A stretch of DNA of 63,810 nt, counting the filler, from Octopus bimaculoides (lineage: Eukaryota): NCBI RefSeq assembly GCF_001194135.2. It is 6 parts of 5 records of this genome, joined end to end, with 100 filler letters (N's around TTAATTAATTAA, not from the genome) between each part and the next. Parts side by side here need not be neighbours in the genome. Positions count along the whole stretch, not along the records: positions 25,721 to 42,547 come from NC_069003.1; positions 42,648 to 46,651 come from NC_068986.1; positions 46,752 to 63,810 come from NC_069002.1; 3 more parts are not named here. One strand, 5' to 3'. Positions 37,431 to 50,447 of the stretch are shown piece by piece; the stretch's first letter is position 1, and each line of letters opens with the position of its first letter. The notes below the pieces were generated by a model. That model saw only the letters and a program-made list of their open reading frames with translations, was not told where the DNA came from and did not search any database. Both the position numbers and the translations under genes were made by a program.

Positions 37431-37564
37431 CACGGAGTAATGTGGACTAACGAATTCAATGAGCAAGCGATTTACTTGATTGAGCAATCAATTTCCCGTC
37501 GTTAAAATCGACGGATATCTATTTAAAAAAGAATTCTATATTTTCTTACTATATTATCTAGTAA

Positions 37565-37733
37565 GTCTTTACGTTTTGAGTTCAAATTCCGCCGAGGTTG
37601 ACTTGGATTTTCAGCTTTTCAGGATCGATAATAAGTGCCAGTTTAGCACTACAATCGATGTAATCGACTTATGCCCTACCCCAAAATTCCAGGTTTTGTG
37701 CCTATAGTGGAAAGTATTATTATCCAGTAAATC
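37565..37733 (+). mobile_element. SINE family F
   Basis: GAGTTCAAATTCCGCCGAGGTTGAC..GATGTAATCGAC..GTGCCTATAGTGGAAAGTATTATT. Confidence 0.8.
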
Positions 37734-37782
37734 CTAACCAATTATACAAGCTTATAAATTATAAATGCATCGAACTTGCTAA

Positions 37783-37985
37783 TATTGGTTTCAAATTTTA
37801 GGACAAGGCTAGCAAGTTTGCGGGAGGGTGTAAGTAGATTACATCAGCCCCAGTGCTCAGCTGGTACTTATTTTATCGACCTCAAAAGGATGAAAGGCAA
37901 AGTCGACCTCGGCGGAATTTGAACTCTGAACGTGAAGACGGACGAAATACCGCTAGACATTTTGCCAGGCGTGCTAACGATAATT
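37783..37985 (-). mobile_element. SINE family F (inverted relative to 37565-37733)
   Basis: Reverse-complement match; further minus copies at about 38334-38548, 40357-40560, 40765-40952, 60352-60550 and 62185-62336; 3' ends at 5519-5595, 21056-21130 and 26633-26712. Confidence 0.85.
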
Positions 37986-38766
37986 CGTTAATATTAATTG
38001 TTGTTATGCAGGTTAATAAATCTGAATCATTAAGTACAAATTATAATTGAAATGCATCGAATTAAAAAAAGAAATTTGGAATTTTGAGTAGAAGTCCTTT
38101 CAGATATCCACATACATTCGAAATTTGACACAAACAGTTTTGTACGACGCTCTACCGATTCTGTTAATCCACCTGGATCTTTGAATGAAGAGGTAGAATC
38201 CATCTGACAGGCTTCCGTTTGGTTTCTGTCGGTACAAAACACTTGCGCAAGACGTCAGGCCTTTGGATTGAATTCGGGCTGCGTGATTGCATAGTGAAGT
38301 TCTTAACAATTCAGCCAATCGATATACAATATAAGAATGGTTTCAAATTTTGGCACAGTTCCAGCAATTTTAGGGGAGGGGGCTAGTCCTTTACATCGAC
38401 CTTAATGCCCAACTAGTATTTATTTTTTAACGACCCTGAGAGGAGAGGAAAGGTAAAGTCGTCTTCGGCAGAATTTGAACTCAGAGTGCAAAGATCCAGA
38501 GAAAATGCCGCTAAACATTTTGTTCGACATTCTAACGATTCTATCTGTTCGATATAAGAATAAGAGATATATAATATAAGATGTATATTCGATGTAAGCT
38601 ATATGAATAAAGTAGTTTCATCAAATACCTTTCTTCTTTTCAAGTGTCACTAAAAATTTCTAATTATATGTAACAGAAAAAGAAAGAAAGGAAAAAGAAA
38701 TTATAGAAAATATCAAAGAAATACGAAAACAAAAATTCTTTTAAAGCTTACCTAAAATATAAAATA

Positions 38767-40277
38767 CTAGNNNNNNNNNNNNNNNNNNNNNNNNNNNNNN
38801 NNNNNNNNNNNNNNNNNNNNNNNNNNNNNNNNNNNNNNNNNNNNNNNNNNNGGATCTTGGTAGAAAAAAACAGAATGTAAGGAGAGCAAAGCAAGACTGG
38901 ACTTACGTGGGCTGGCAGGACGATGAAAAAATTGCGGAGTTGAAATTGAAGCAGTTGAAGGTGCCGTTGTTATCATTGGAGTGCCTCTTGGTAGACAACA
39001 TTCTTCGTCCTTCCCTCGGGTGCACAAATAGAAAGACCATGGGGACAGCCAACGTGCAGTTGTGCGTGTGAGAAAACTTGCCCTGTCAGATTCAAATCAA
39101 CCGCTTGCACTGATAGTCCCTGCGCCTTGTTGATTGTCATGGGAAAGCAGAGTTTGATGGGAAATTGCATCTGTTTAAACTTGTAGGTCGTATAGGAGTG
39201 GGTAAGGGACATGGGAGTTATAAGTATGTCTTAGCCAGCGGCTAAGATTGTTGCCTACAGAACTCGGGAGCACAATTTTTTGATAATCATCCGCGTCCCA
39301 TTGCACATTATTGGAGCATCTAAATTACTTAGCAGTATGATTGGTGCGCCAACTTTCAGATGCAGTTCGTGAGCTAGTAGTTCTGCGGGTCCCACTTTTG
39401 TCAGATTTGTCATGGGCCGGCCGGTCTATCTCAGATACATGGGAAGCTGGATTAAATTTTTCATCAACACAGGGGAGCCGAAATAAATTCTTTCAATGTC
39501 CAAGGGAAACCAAATCGCGAAAAAGGTTGAGAAATTCTGATCTATAACGATGGTTTTTATTTAGGCACATCGTAAAAGTAATTATAATGAATTGCTTAAT
39601 ATAAAGAAAAGTATGTTTTTTCAAGCAAATACAGTTAGAAAAAATATTTACCATTTCAAGTCATTACTAAAAACAAAGCTCATCAATTTTGGAATGNNNN
39701 NNNNNNNNNNNNNNNNNNNNNNNNNNNNNNNNNNNNNNNNNNNNNNNNNNNNNNNNNNNNNNNNNNNNNNNNNNNNNNNNNNNNNNNNNNNNNNNNNNNN
39801 NNNNNNNNNNNNNNNNNNNNNNNNNNNNNNNNNNNNNNNNNNNNNNNNNNNNNNNNNNNNNNNNNNNNNNNNNNNNNNNNNNNNNNNNNNNNNNNNNATT
39901 TTATTTTAAGTTGTAAATTTTGCCCGAGAAATAAAGCAAATAATCACCAAATGCATTGTTAAAAATCTGCAACTCAATAGCAAATATTTCCAAATTGATT
40001 AGAAATGCATAAATTTAATAATAACAATGTTTTTGAGATTCCGGTTCGAATGACATGAGTGTTTTTGTTTCACTTTTGACACGTAATACTTAAATAGTGG
40101 AGGAGGTATGATGTTGCTGTGGGCTGGAAGTATGCAAGAAGTTAAAATTTTTTTAAACTAAAACACAACCGGGACCCTAAGTAAGGCATGTGTAAAATTT
40201 GAATGAAATTGGTTGTGTAGTTCTGGAGTTTTAGGGATTCATACAGACACACACACACACACACAGACATACATTCT
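38767..40277 (-). mobile_element. Internally deleted Helitron with both termini
   Basis: A|TCTATATATAT 5' end at 40277, CTAG|T 3' end at 38767; PIF1-helicase pieces HELHLKVGAPIILLSNLD..CNGTR and QFPIKLCFPMTINKAQG..FSHAQL..TKNVVY. Confidence 0.85.
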
Positions 40278-42179
40278 CAATTTTATATATATATAGATTA
40301 TAATTAAATAAAACAAGTGCAATTATAAAATATCGAAATTACACAATGTTATGTCAATAATCCTTTCTAATGTAGGCACCTGGCCTTGAATTTTGAGGGA
40401 GAGGGCCAGTCAATAACATCGACCCCAGTACTTGACCGATACTTATTTCCTCGACCCCGAAAGGATGAAAGGCAAAGTCGACTGCGGTGGAATTTGAAAC
40501 TCAGAACATAAAGACACATTTGGTCCGACGTACTAACGATTCTGTCTGCTTGCTGCCTTAACTATGTGAGTTCGAGTCTCATAGCCGGCCGCCAACACAT
40601 TTTTCTGCAAAATAGGGGTAGCTTATCCTGTTCAGGCTATATTATTAGCATTATCCTGCGTCTGAGAATTTAAAATCACTTCTTTCACTTTCTAAGACAT
40701 CTCAACGCTTCTAAAGCAAACTTCGTTCGTTTGTTTACGTTCATCGTAATTTGAATTTATAATAATAATGGTTTCAAATTTTGGCACGGGGAGGGGATAA
40801 GTCGATTACATCGACCCCAGAACTCAGCTGGTACTTATTTTATCGGCCCCGAATGGTTGAAAGGCAAAGTCGACTGCGGTGGAATTTGAAACTCAGAACA
40901 TAAAGACACATTTGGTCCGACGTACTAACGATTCTGTCTGCTTGCTGCCTTAACTATGTGAGTTCGAGTCTCATAGCCGGCCGCCAACACATTNNNNNNN
41001 NNNNNNNNNNNNNNNNNNNNNNNNNNNNNNNNNNNNNNNNNNNNNNNNNNNNNNNNNNNNNNNNNNNNNNNNNNNNNNNNNNNNNNNNNNNNNNNNNNNN
41101 NNNNNNNNNNNNNNNNNNNNNNNNNNNNNNNNNNNNNNNNNNNNNNNNNNNNNNNNNNNNNNNNNNNNNNNNNNNNNNNNNNNNNNNNNNNNNNNNNNNN
41201 NNNNNNNNNNNNNNNNNNNNNNNNCCTACGCAAAACACTTTCAATACAGTAACCATAAGAGCATCACAGCAAACCACAGCACATATCCAAGGCACACAGA
41301 GCTGCGCTCGGTAGTGAAGTGAAATCACGCTATAAAAATAAAACTACTGAATAATAATAATAATAGCAATAATAATAAAGCGTCTAATATGTTAATGTTA
41401 AGTGGTGTTATTTAGGTTAATTGGGTCGAATCATTAATGTTTGATTATAACTGTAATGAACGGCAACGATAACAAAAAAAAAAAGAAGAAAAAAAAAACC
41501 TCACGATGTTCAAAGAAGCTCTTTTCAGACATACGCTTAAATTCGAAGCCTGGACCCAAAGCATCTTTATGAGACATTCTAATTATCCTGACAGTTCGCC
41601 GAGTGGCATTGGAAATAAAAGTTCAAGTCGAAACACGAATTATCTTATATGGTGTGTGTGTGGTGGTATTTTAATTCACTGTTCTTTCAGTCTTCAAATT
41701 TGTCTCCTGTCTGCGAGAGAAATTATTATTTTGCTATTAAGAAATTATTAGCAGTATGACTACTGCGTTATGTTAATTTACCCGGATTTTCCAAAGTAAA
41801 GCTTGCTATTGCATGAGTGACTTCCAGTCTATCACTAAGACAATTCCAGTCATAAATAAGTTATGACAGGAATGTGATGTCATATTTTAATGATCTTACC
41901 ATTCTGTTATATCTTTTGCAAGAGTACAGCATATATGAACATAAATTATCCATTTGGGCGTTGGCTGGAACATCGGCTCACAAAATATTCACGTTTAGAT
42001 GCCTGAATGTATGCGTATATATGCATGCATATATACATACGTACATACACACAAATGTACACACATATATATATATATATATATATACAATTATGCATTT
42101 ATAATTTTCACCTTAAAAAGGTATTTTTCGTATGCTGGCCACTGATAAAACGTTTTAATAAAATTTTATCCTTGTATTT

Positions 42180-42417
42180 GGTAAGTACCTTACTTACCAA
42201 CCACATGGTTCCGGGTTCAGTCCCACTGCGTGGCACCTTGAGCAAGTGTCTTCTACTATAGCCTCGGGCCGACCAAAGCCTTGTGAGTGGATTTGGTAGA
42301 CGGAAACCGACAGAATAAGTACTAGGCTTACAAAGAATAAGTCCTGGGGTCGATTTGCTCGACTAAAGGCGGTGCTCCAGCATGGCCGCAGTCAAATGAC
42401 TGAAACAACTAAAAGAG

Positions 42418-42418
<1 letters not shown>
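42180..42418 (+). mobile_element. SINE family A with central deletion
   Basis: GACGGAAAC joined directly to CGACAGAATAAG. Confidence 0.88.
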
Positions 42419-42449
<31 letters not shown>

Positions 42450-43873
42450 TTTTATAAGTAATATTCTAAAAGAATATATAACTGAACTTATATTGAGTGC
42501 TCAATTATTTTGAGCAAATAAATGTGTATATATGTGTTTTTATATTANNNNNNNNNNNNNNNNNNNNNNNNNNNNNNNNNNNNNNNNNNNNTTAATTAAT
42601 TAANNNNNNNNNNNNNNNNNNNNNNNNNNNNNNNNNNNNNNNNNNNNGCACAAAACGTATTTATTCACAGTACATACTTGCGTGTGTCTGTATGTGTGTG
42701 TATTTGCGAAAATGCGCATGCCTGCAACTATGCAAAATAAATATTTAACACACATGTTTAAATGTGTGTGTGTGTATGTGTGTGTGTGTGTGTGTGTGTG
42801 CGTGCGCGTGTGTGTGTGCGTGTGTGTTATCATCAGTGATTCCCCATACAAATTTTGTTTATCTTTTATCTCATGTATTTTATTTGACATTCAGACGTAT
42901 GGGCAACACACACACACACACACACACACACACTTACACATGCATGTACCCGTGCGTACCAGTAGACACACATCTACGCACGTAATTATACACAAATTAA
43001 TTGATCACATATACACGGTTACACAGAGGCACGAACCATCGAGCGTGCATTTATTGATATGAATGTGTGTGCTTGTAATTTTTTGTGCGTGTGCTTTCTA
43101 AGCCGTTCGCCTCAGTTAAAAATAATATATATTCATCCATATAACCATATGCATAAAGTCAAATATACGAACATAGATAAAACGANNNNNNNNNNNNNNN
43201 NNNNNNNNNNNNNNNNNNNNNNNNNNNNNNNNNNNNNNNNNNNNNNNNNNNNNNNNNNNNNNNNNNNNNNNNNNNNNNNNNNNNNNNNNNNNNNNNNNNN
43301 NNNNNNNNNNNNNNNNNNNNNNNNNNNNNNNNNNNNNNNNNNNNNNNNNNNNNNNNNNNNNNNNNNNNNNNNNNNNNNNNNNNNNNNNNNNNNNNNNNNN
43401 NNNNNNNNNNNNNNNNNNNNNNNNNNNNNNNNNNNNNNNNNNNNNNNNNNNNNNNNNNNNNNNNNNNNNNNNNNNNNNNNNNNNNNNNNNNNNNNNNNNN
43501 NNNNNNNNNNNNNNNNNNNNNNNNNNNNNNNNNNNNNNNNNNNNNNNNNNNNNNNNNNNNNNNNNNNNNNNNNNNNNNNNNNNNNNNNNNNNNNNNNNNN
43601 NNNNNNNNNNNNNNNNNNNNNNNNNNNNNNNNNNNNNNNNNNNNNNNNNNNNNNNNNNNNNNNNNNNNNNNNNNNNNNNNNNNNNNNNNNNNNNNNNNNN
43701 NNNNNNNNNNNNNNNNNNNNNNNNNNNNNNNNNNNNNNNNNNNNNNNNNNNNNNNNNNNNNNNNNNNNNNNNNNNNNNNNNNNNNNNNNNNNNNNNNNNN
43801 NNNNNNNNNNNNNNNNNNNNNNNNNNNNNNNNNNNNNNNNNNNNNNNNNNNNNNNNNNNNNNNNNNNNNNNNN

Positions 43874-43935
<62 letters not shown>

Positions 43936-44572
43936 TGTATGTATGTATATATTTATGTATGCACTTTCTGTGGCGTTTAACCAACTAACAGTACAAGAAA
44001 CGGAGTACCCGTCCGTCGCTGGGGTACTCACTAAATTAACAAAGTTAGTGTGAAATGAATTGACTTCCTAACTGAATCAACTTGTTGCACTGTCCAGCAC
44101 ACGAACCCGCGTACTAACAGCTTCCAGACCAACACAAACCTTAGCGCCACGCACCTGGAGACGCAAACACAGACATATACACGGTGTATGCATACGCACA
44201 CACATACATAAATACACACATATATACTGACATACACAGATACATATATTACTCTGTGTGTGTGTATACGTGCGTATCTGTGTGTGTGCGAGTGCGTGTG
44301 CATGCGTGTGTGTGCATGTGTGTGCCACCGCCCGCACGTATTGGCTATGAACAGAAATATCTATTAAACTGTGCTCTTTCACTGTGTTTTGCTTAATGAT
44401 TGACTATGCCGATGAGCATGTATTTTATACATTCGTATGACTAGGTGTGTATATAAACATTTTCATACAATTCGTATACGTATATGTTACTATACACATA
44501 CTTATCTGTGTGCCTGGCCATACATACACACAATCACACGCACAAACACACAGACGCGCGCACACACACACA

Positions 44573-44620
<48 letters not shown>

Positions 44621-45641
44621 ATACTCTCACATACGTGTACATACACACGCATATTCTATGGTTTGTCTCAGTCATTAGATTGCAGCCATGCATTGCCATT
44701 GCCTTGAAGATTTTATTCAAACAAATCCAGATTTAAATAAAAAAAAACATACACTACCCGCTTCGTTGACGAACAGCCAAGTTATGAGAACGTAACCGCA
44801 CCAACACCGATTGTCGAGCAGTGAAAGAGCAATAGAAAATACGCAAGGACGCACACACAAGGTCACATACAAAGGTACACGCTCGTATATGTGATAAGCT
44901 TCCCCAAGAATTTGCGTCTGTCCAATTCACAAGACACTCATCGATCCGAAGCAATAGAAAGATATACTTGCTTAACGTGTAAATATACACATGCAAATAT
45001 GCGCGTAATATATACTTGTGAATAAGTCTATATAAATATCTGTATGATAATATGTTTGCATATATATATATATGTATGTATATATATATATATATATANN
45101 NNNNNNNNNNNNNNNNNNNNNNNNNNNNNNNNNNNNNNNNNNNNNNNNNNNNNNNNNNNNNNNNNNNNNNNNNNNNNNNNNNNNNNNNNNNNNNNNNNNN
45201 NNNNNNNNNNNNNNNNNNNNNNNNNNNNNNNNNNNNNNNNNNNNNNNNNNNNNNNNNNNNNNNNNNNNNNNNNNNNNNNNNNNNNNNNNNNNNNNNNNNN
45301 NNNNNNNNNNNNNNNNNNNNNNNNNNNNNNNNNNNNNNNNNNNNNNNNNNNNNNNNNNNNNNNNNNNNNNNNNNNNNNNNNNNNNNNNNNNNNNNNNNNN
45401 NNNNNNNNNNNNNNNNNNNNNNNNNNNNNNNNNNNNNNNNNNNNNNNNNNNNNNNNNNNNNNNNNNNNNNNNNNNNNNNNNNNNNNNNNNNNNNNNNNNN
45501 NNNNNNNNNNNNNNNNNNNNNNNNNNNNNNNNNNNNNNNNNNNNNNNNNNNNNNNNNNNNNNNNNNNNNNNNNNNNNNNNNNNNNNNNNNNNNNNNNNNN
45601 NNNNNNNNNNNNNNNTATATATATCCATAGATGTGTACGTG

Positions 45642-45688
<47 letters not shown>

Positions 45689-45689
45689 G

Positions 45690-45721
<32 letters not shown>

Positions 45722-46032
45722 TAGAGAGAGAGATATAGAGAGAGAGAGAAATAGAGAGATACATTTATATATACATATACAGGCAGACATGTACATGTAT
45801 GTGTGTAAAGACAGAGAGTGAAAGGGGGGAAATGAGAGAGAGACATTGCAAAGAAATAGCTAAGGAGATAGATAGATAGTTAGATAGATAGATACGTTTC
45901 TTTATTAGCCACATAGGGCTCAACACATAGGGGACAAGGTACAAAGTAGAGCTTTTCTTTTGGGGAAGGAGAAGGAGAGAGAAAAAAAGAAAAATAAATA
46001 GGGTGGGTAGATTTTCGATCAAAAGGGATCGT

Positions 46033-46103
<71 letters not shown>

Positions 46104-46802
46104 AAGAGGTGATCAATAGAAATCAGATAGATAGATAGATAGAAAGATAGATGGACCTATCATATAATAATCCTTAAGATTTACTTCAATATTTATATAT
46201 TTTACTTGTTTACGTTTGTTTATATTCCAAAGAACTATCGTCACTTATATATGGTTTCGTTTTCAATCCTAGTTCTTTGTATAAGATTCCATGTATCTTT
46301 CATTCTTGCTTGCTTTCCTTACTTCTTTCTTTATTCTCCTTTCACTTCTTTCCATCTTTCTGTCAATTTTCCTTTCTCCATTTTTTTTTTTTTTGGTTTA
46401 GTCATTCAATTTATCGCATCCGTTAGTTTTTCTTTCGTTTTTCATTTGTGAACCTATCTCCCTTTGAGTTCTATGTGTGCGTGTGTGCCTACGTGTGTGC
46501 GCACAGACGGTGTGTACAAGATAGGGCAAAGATAGCGAGAAAGTGAGAGGGAGGAAGGATAACGACTATGTGTGTGAATGTATTTCTCTGAGAATGTGTA
46601 TGTATGTTTTAGAGTAATAGTCTGCTTCTATTTATCTTAATGTGTGTGTGTNNNNNNNNNNNNNNNNNNNNNNNNNNNNNNNNNNNNNNNNNNNNTTAAT
46701 TAATTAANNNNNNNNNNNNNNNNNNNNNNNNNNNNNNNNNNNNNNNNNNNNGGTGACGACAGAAACAGAATGTCTTTCATTAGAAACATAACACAACGTG
46801 CG

Positions 46803-46850
46803 GTTGTCATAGTAACAAGCTTTTAATGCCTCGCTGTTTGTTGATTGGTT
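46803..46850. promoter_or_regulatory. RFX X-box with adjacent inverted CCAAT
   Basis: GTTGTCATAGTAAC matches GTHNYYATRRNAAC 14/14; TGATTGGTT at 46842-46850. Confidence 0.35.
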
Positions 46851-47706
46851 AGAATTACCCAAATTTCCCAACTTTAATTCCAAATAACATCAGATTCTTT
46901 AATTTACGAGATAAAATAATTGGTTGATCGTAATCAAAATTCAGAGTTGCATCGATACGCCAAAATTGAAAGCAATCTGAGCAAAATTGAGGGTGGGGGC
47001 TCATTTTGTGAATCAGTTTAACTAGATCCCTTGGCACTAAATGCCATTATCATGACCACCACTACCACCACTACCACCACCTCACCTTCCCACTACCTCC
47101 ATCCCACCTCCCCACTACCGCCGTCAACAGTAACAACAGCAGCAGCAGCAGCAACAACAATAATAAAATCAAACTTGCACTACCATCATCATCATCAATC
47201 TATAATAAAGAGCCTCTACGTGGTCGTGCAGTCTGCTAGAAACACCAGCGAAATCTCACTCGTGTCAAATATTACAGTCTTCAAAAAGAAAAAAAGAAAC
47301 ACCAGATCATTTAGTCTCACATGCTCTATGCCCACATAAAGGACAGGATGGTCATGGCGGGAGCGTATTTCTTCGTACGTCGTTCAACCAGGGCTGACCT
47401 GAAGCTAGTTAACAACAACAACAACAACAACAACAACGTCAAGTAACCTTCTTCTGTACCCTATTAAATGGCCCCTATAGGACGATTCCCCAAACAGGTG
47501 TCTGTCAATTTCAAATTATGGAGGTCAAATTACGCAGCTGTCAGATATTTTCTCTTTAGTGGATCCCTTTCAAACATGGCTTTTGTCTCTACTCTCATCT
47601 CTCCCCACCCCCTCTCTTCGTTTTATACATCTTCCTCTTCTCATAATTCGTCCTTCTTACCGTTCGGTCTAGAGACACCGTCTCTCTCTCTCTCTCTAAC
47701 TTTCTA

Positions 47707-47760
<54 letters not shown>

Positions 47761-47761
<1 letters not shown>

Positions 47762-48008
47762 TCTTTTTACTCTTTTTATTTGTTTCAGTCATTTGACTGC
47801 GGCCATTCTGGAGCACTGCCTTTTAGTCGAGCAAATCGACCCCGGGACTTATTCTTTGTAAGCCTAGTACTTATTCTATCGATCTCTTTTGCCGAACCGC
47901 TAAGTGACGGGGACATAAACACACCAGCATCGGTTGTCAAGCAATGCTAGGGGGACAAACACATACACACAAACACACACACATATACATATATATATAT
48001 ATACATAT
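47761..48008 (-). mobile_element. SINE family A, 3' half (to gap)
   Basis: Matches 33761-34010. Confidence 0.88.
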
Positions 48009-48796
48009 NNNNNNNNNNNNNNNNNNNNNNNNNNNNNNNNNNNNNNNNNNNNNNNNNNNNNNNNNNNNNNNNNNNNNNNNNNNNNNNNNNNNNNNNNNNN
48101 NNNNNNNNNNNNNNNNNNNNNNNNNNNNNNNNNNNNNNNNNNNNNNNNNNNNNNNNNNNNNNNNNNNNNNNNNNNNNNNNNNNNNNNNNNNNNNNNNNNN
48201 NNNNNNNNNNNNNNNNNNNNNNNNNNNNNNNNNNNNNNNNNNNNNNNNNNNNNNNNNNNNNNNNNNNNNNNNNNNNNNNNNNNNNNNNNNNNNNNNNNNN
48301 NNNNNNNNNNNNNNNNNNNNNNNNNNNNNNNNNNNNNNNNNNNNNNNNNNNNNNNNNNNNNNNNNNNNNNNNNNNNNNNNNNNNNNNNNNNNNNNNNNNN
48401 NNNNNNNNNNNNNNNNNNNNNNNNNNNNNNNNNNNNNNNNNNNNNNNNNNNNNNNNNNNNNNNNNNNNNNNNNNNNNNNNNNNNNNNNNNNNNNNNNNNN
48501 NNNNNNNNNNNNNNNNNNNNNNNNNNNNNNNNNNNNNNNNNNNNNNNNNNNNNNNNNNNNNNNNNNNNNNNNNNNNNNNNNNNNNNNNNNNNNNNNNNNN
48601 NNNNNNNNNNNNNNNNNNNNNNNNNNNNNNNNNNNNNNNNNNNNNNNNNNNNNNNNNNNNNNNNNNNNNNNNNNNNNNNNNNNNNNNNNNNNNNNNNNNN
48701 NNNNNNNNNNNNNNNNNNNNNNNNNNNNNNNNNNNNNNNNNNNNNNNNNNNNNNNNNNNNNNNNNNNNNNNNNNNNNNNNNNNNNNNNNNNNNNNN

Positions 48797-48828
<32 letters not shown>

Positions 48829-49195
48829 GATCTTTTCCTTTTGATCAGCAGGTCGATAAATTAATTTTCTTTAACTAAACACTTTGAAACTTCGTATACT
48901 GGTAGAATGTGTCATCTTTTACTATTAGCGTTATTGAGAAAAGTTTCTATTTACGAAGTTATTTCGTGTTAAAGTTGTCGTATTTGGGTAATTTCAATCA
49001 ATCAACGACGTTTATTGAGCTGAATAAAGTTACTGCTGTTGTTTGTCAACAACAACTTCTGGTGGTGTATAATTCGTTTGTCACTGTTATTTATGACATC
49101 GTTCGTGCGTTCGTACTGGTTTTAGCTCTAGGGTTTTGGGGTTAGGGTTTCAGGGTTAGACACAAGCATATGCACACACATACATATACATCTAT

Positions 49196-49351
49196 ATTCT
49201 TTCAGTTTTCGTCTACCACATCCACTCACAAGGCTTTGGTCGGCCCAAAGCTATAGCAGACGACACTTGCCCAAAGTGCCACGCAGTGGGACTGAACCCG
49301 GAACCATGTGGTTGGGAAGCAAGCTACTTACCACACAGCTACTCCTGCGCC
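49196..49351 (-). mobile_element. SINE family A, 5' half
   Basis: Matches 34020-34176. Confidence 0.88.
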
Positions 49352-50360
49352 TACAGCCACACACACACATACACACACACATACACACATACGTACACAC
49401 GCACATACCTTTCAGCGTACATAAACNNNNNNNNNNNNNNNNNNNNNNNNNNNNNNNNNNNNNNNNNNNNNNNNNNNNNNNNNNNNNNNNNNNNNNNNNN
49501 NNNNNNNNNNNNNNNNNNNNNNNNNNNNNNNNNNNNNNNNNNNNNNNNNNNNNNNNNNNNNNNNNNNNNNNNNNNNNNNNNNNNNNNNNNNNNNNNNNNN
49601 NNNNNNNNNNNNNNNNNNNNNNNNNNNNNNNNNNNNNNNNNNNNNNNNNNNNNNNNNNNNNNNNNNNNNNNNNNNNNNNNNNNNNNNNNNNNNNNNNNNN
49701 NNNNNNNNNNNNNNNNNNNNNNNNNNNNNNNNNNNNNNNNNNNNNNNNNNNNNNNNNNNNNNNNNNNNNNNNNNNNNNNNNNNNNNNNNNNNNNNNNNNN
49801 NNNNNNNNNNNNNNNNNNNNNNNNNNNNNNNNNNNNNNNNNNNNNNNNNNNNNNNNNNNNNNNNNNNNNNNNNNNNNNNNNNNNNNNNNNNNNNNNNNNN
49901 NNNNNNNNNNNNNNNNNNNNNNNNNNNNNNNNNNNNNNNNNNNNNNNNNNNNNNNNNNNNNNNNNNNNNNNNNNNNNNNNNNNNNNNNNNNNNNNNNNNN
50001 NNNNNNNNNNNNNNNNNNNNNNNNNNNNNNNNNNNNNNNNNNNNNNNNNNNNNNNNNNNNNNNNNNNNNNNNNNNNNNNNNNNNNNNNNNNNNNNNNNNN
50101 NNNNNNNNNNNNNNNNNNNNNNNNNNNNNNNNNNNNNNNNNNNNNNNNNNNNNNNNNNNNNNNNNNNNNNNNNNNNNNNNNNNNNNNNNNNNNNNNNNNN
50201 NNNNNNNNNNNNNNNNNNNNNNNNNNNNNNNNNNNNNNNNNNNNNNNTATACACGTGTGTGTGTGGTGGGGTAGTTAATAAAAAAAATGAAGAAAAACAT
50301 TAACGCGAAGACGTGATACATGCACAGTATCAGCAGACGCTCAGGGAAGGAAAGAAAGGG

Positions 50361-50398
50361 TGTTTCACGTTTTCGAGCAAGGCTCTTCTTCAGAAACA
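50361..50398 (-). ncRNA. Decayed minimal hammerhead motif
   Basis: TGTTT CTGAAGA A GAGC CTT GCTC GAAA ACGT G AAACA; perfect stems I and II, but the cleavage triplet ends in G. Confidence 0.5.
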
Positions 50399-50447
50399 GG
50401 AGACAGAGGAAAGTCCAAGAGAAGAGAGAGACGGAGAAAAAAAATCG

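Noticed and set aside
44003-44029. GAGTACCC/GGGTACTC hairpin resembling a Helitron 3' end
   Set aside because: Followed by CACTAA rather than CTAG, and the upstream sequence is in a gap; not supportable.
49130-49160. TTAGGG-like repeats (also 11570-11583)
   Set aside because: Only 2-4 imperfect units; not a telomeric array.
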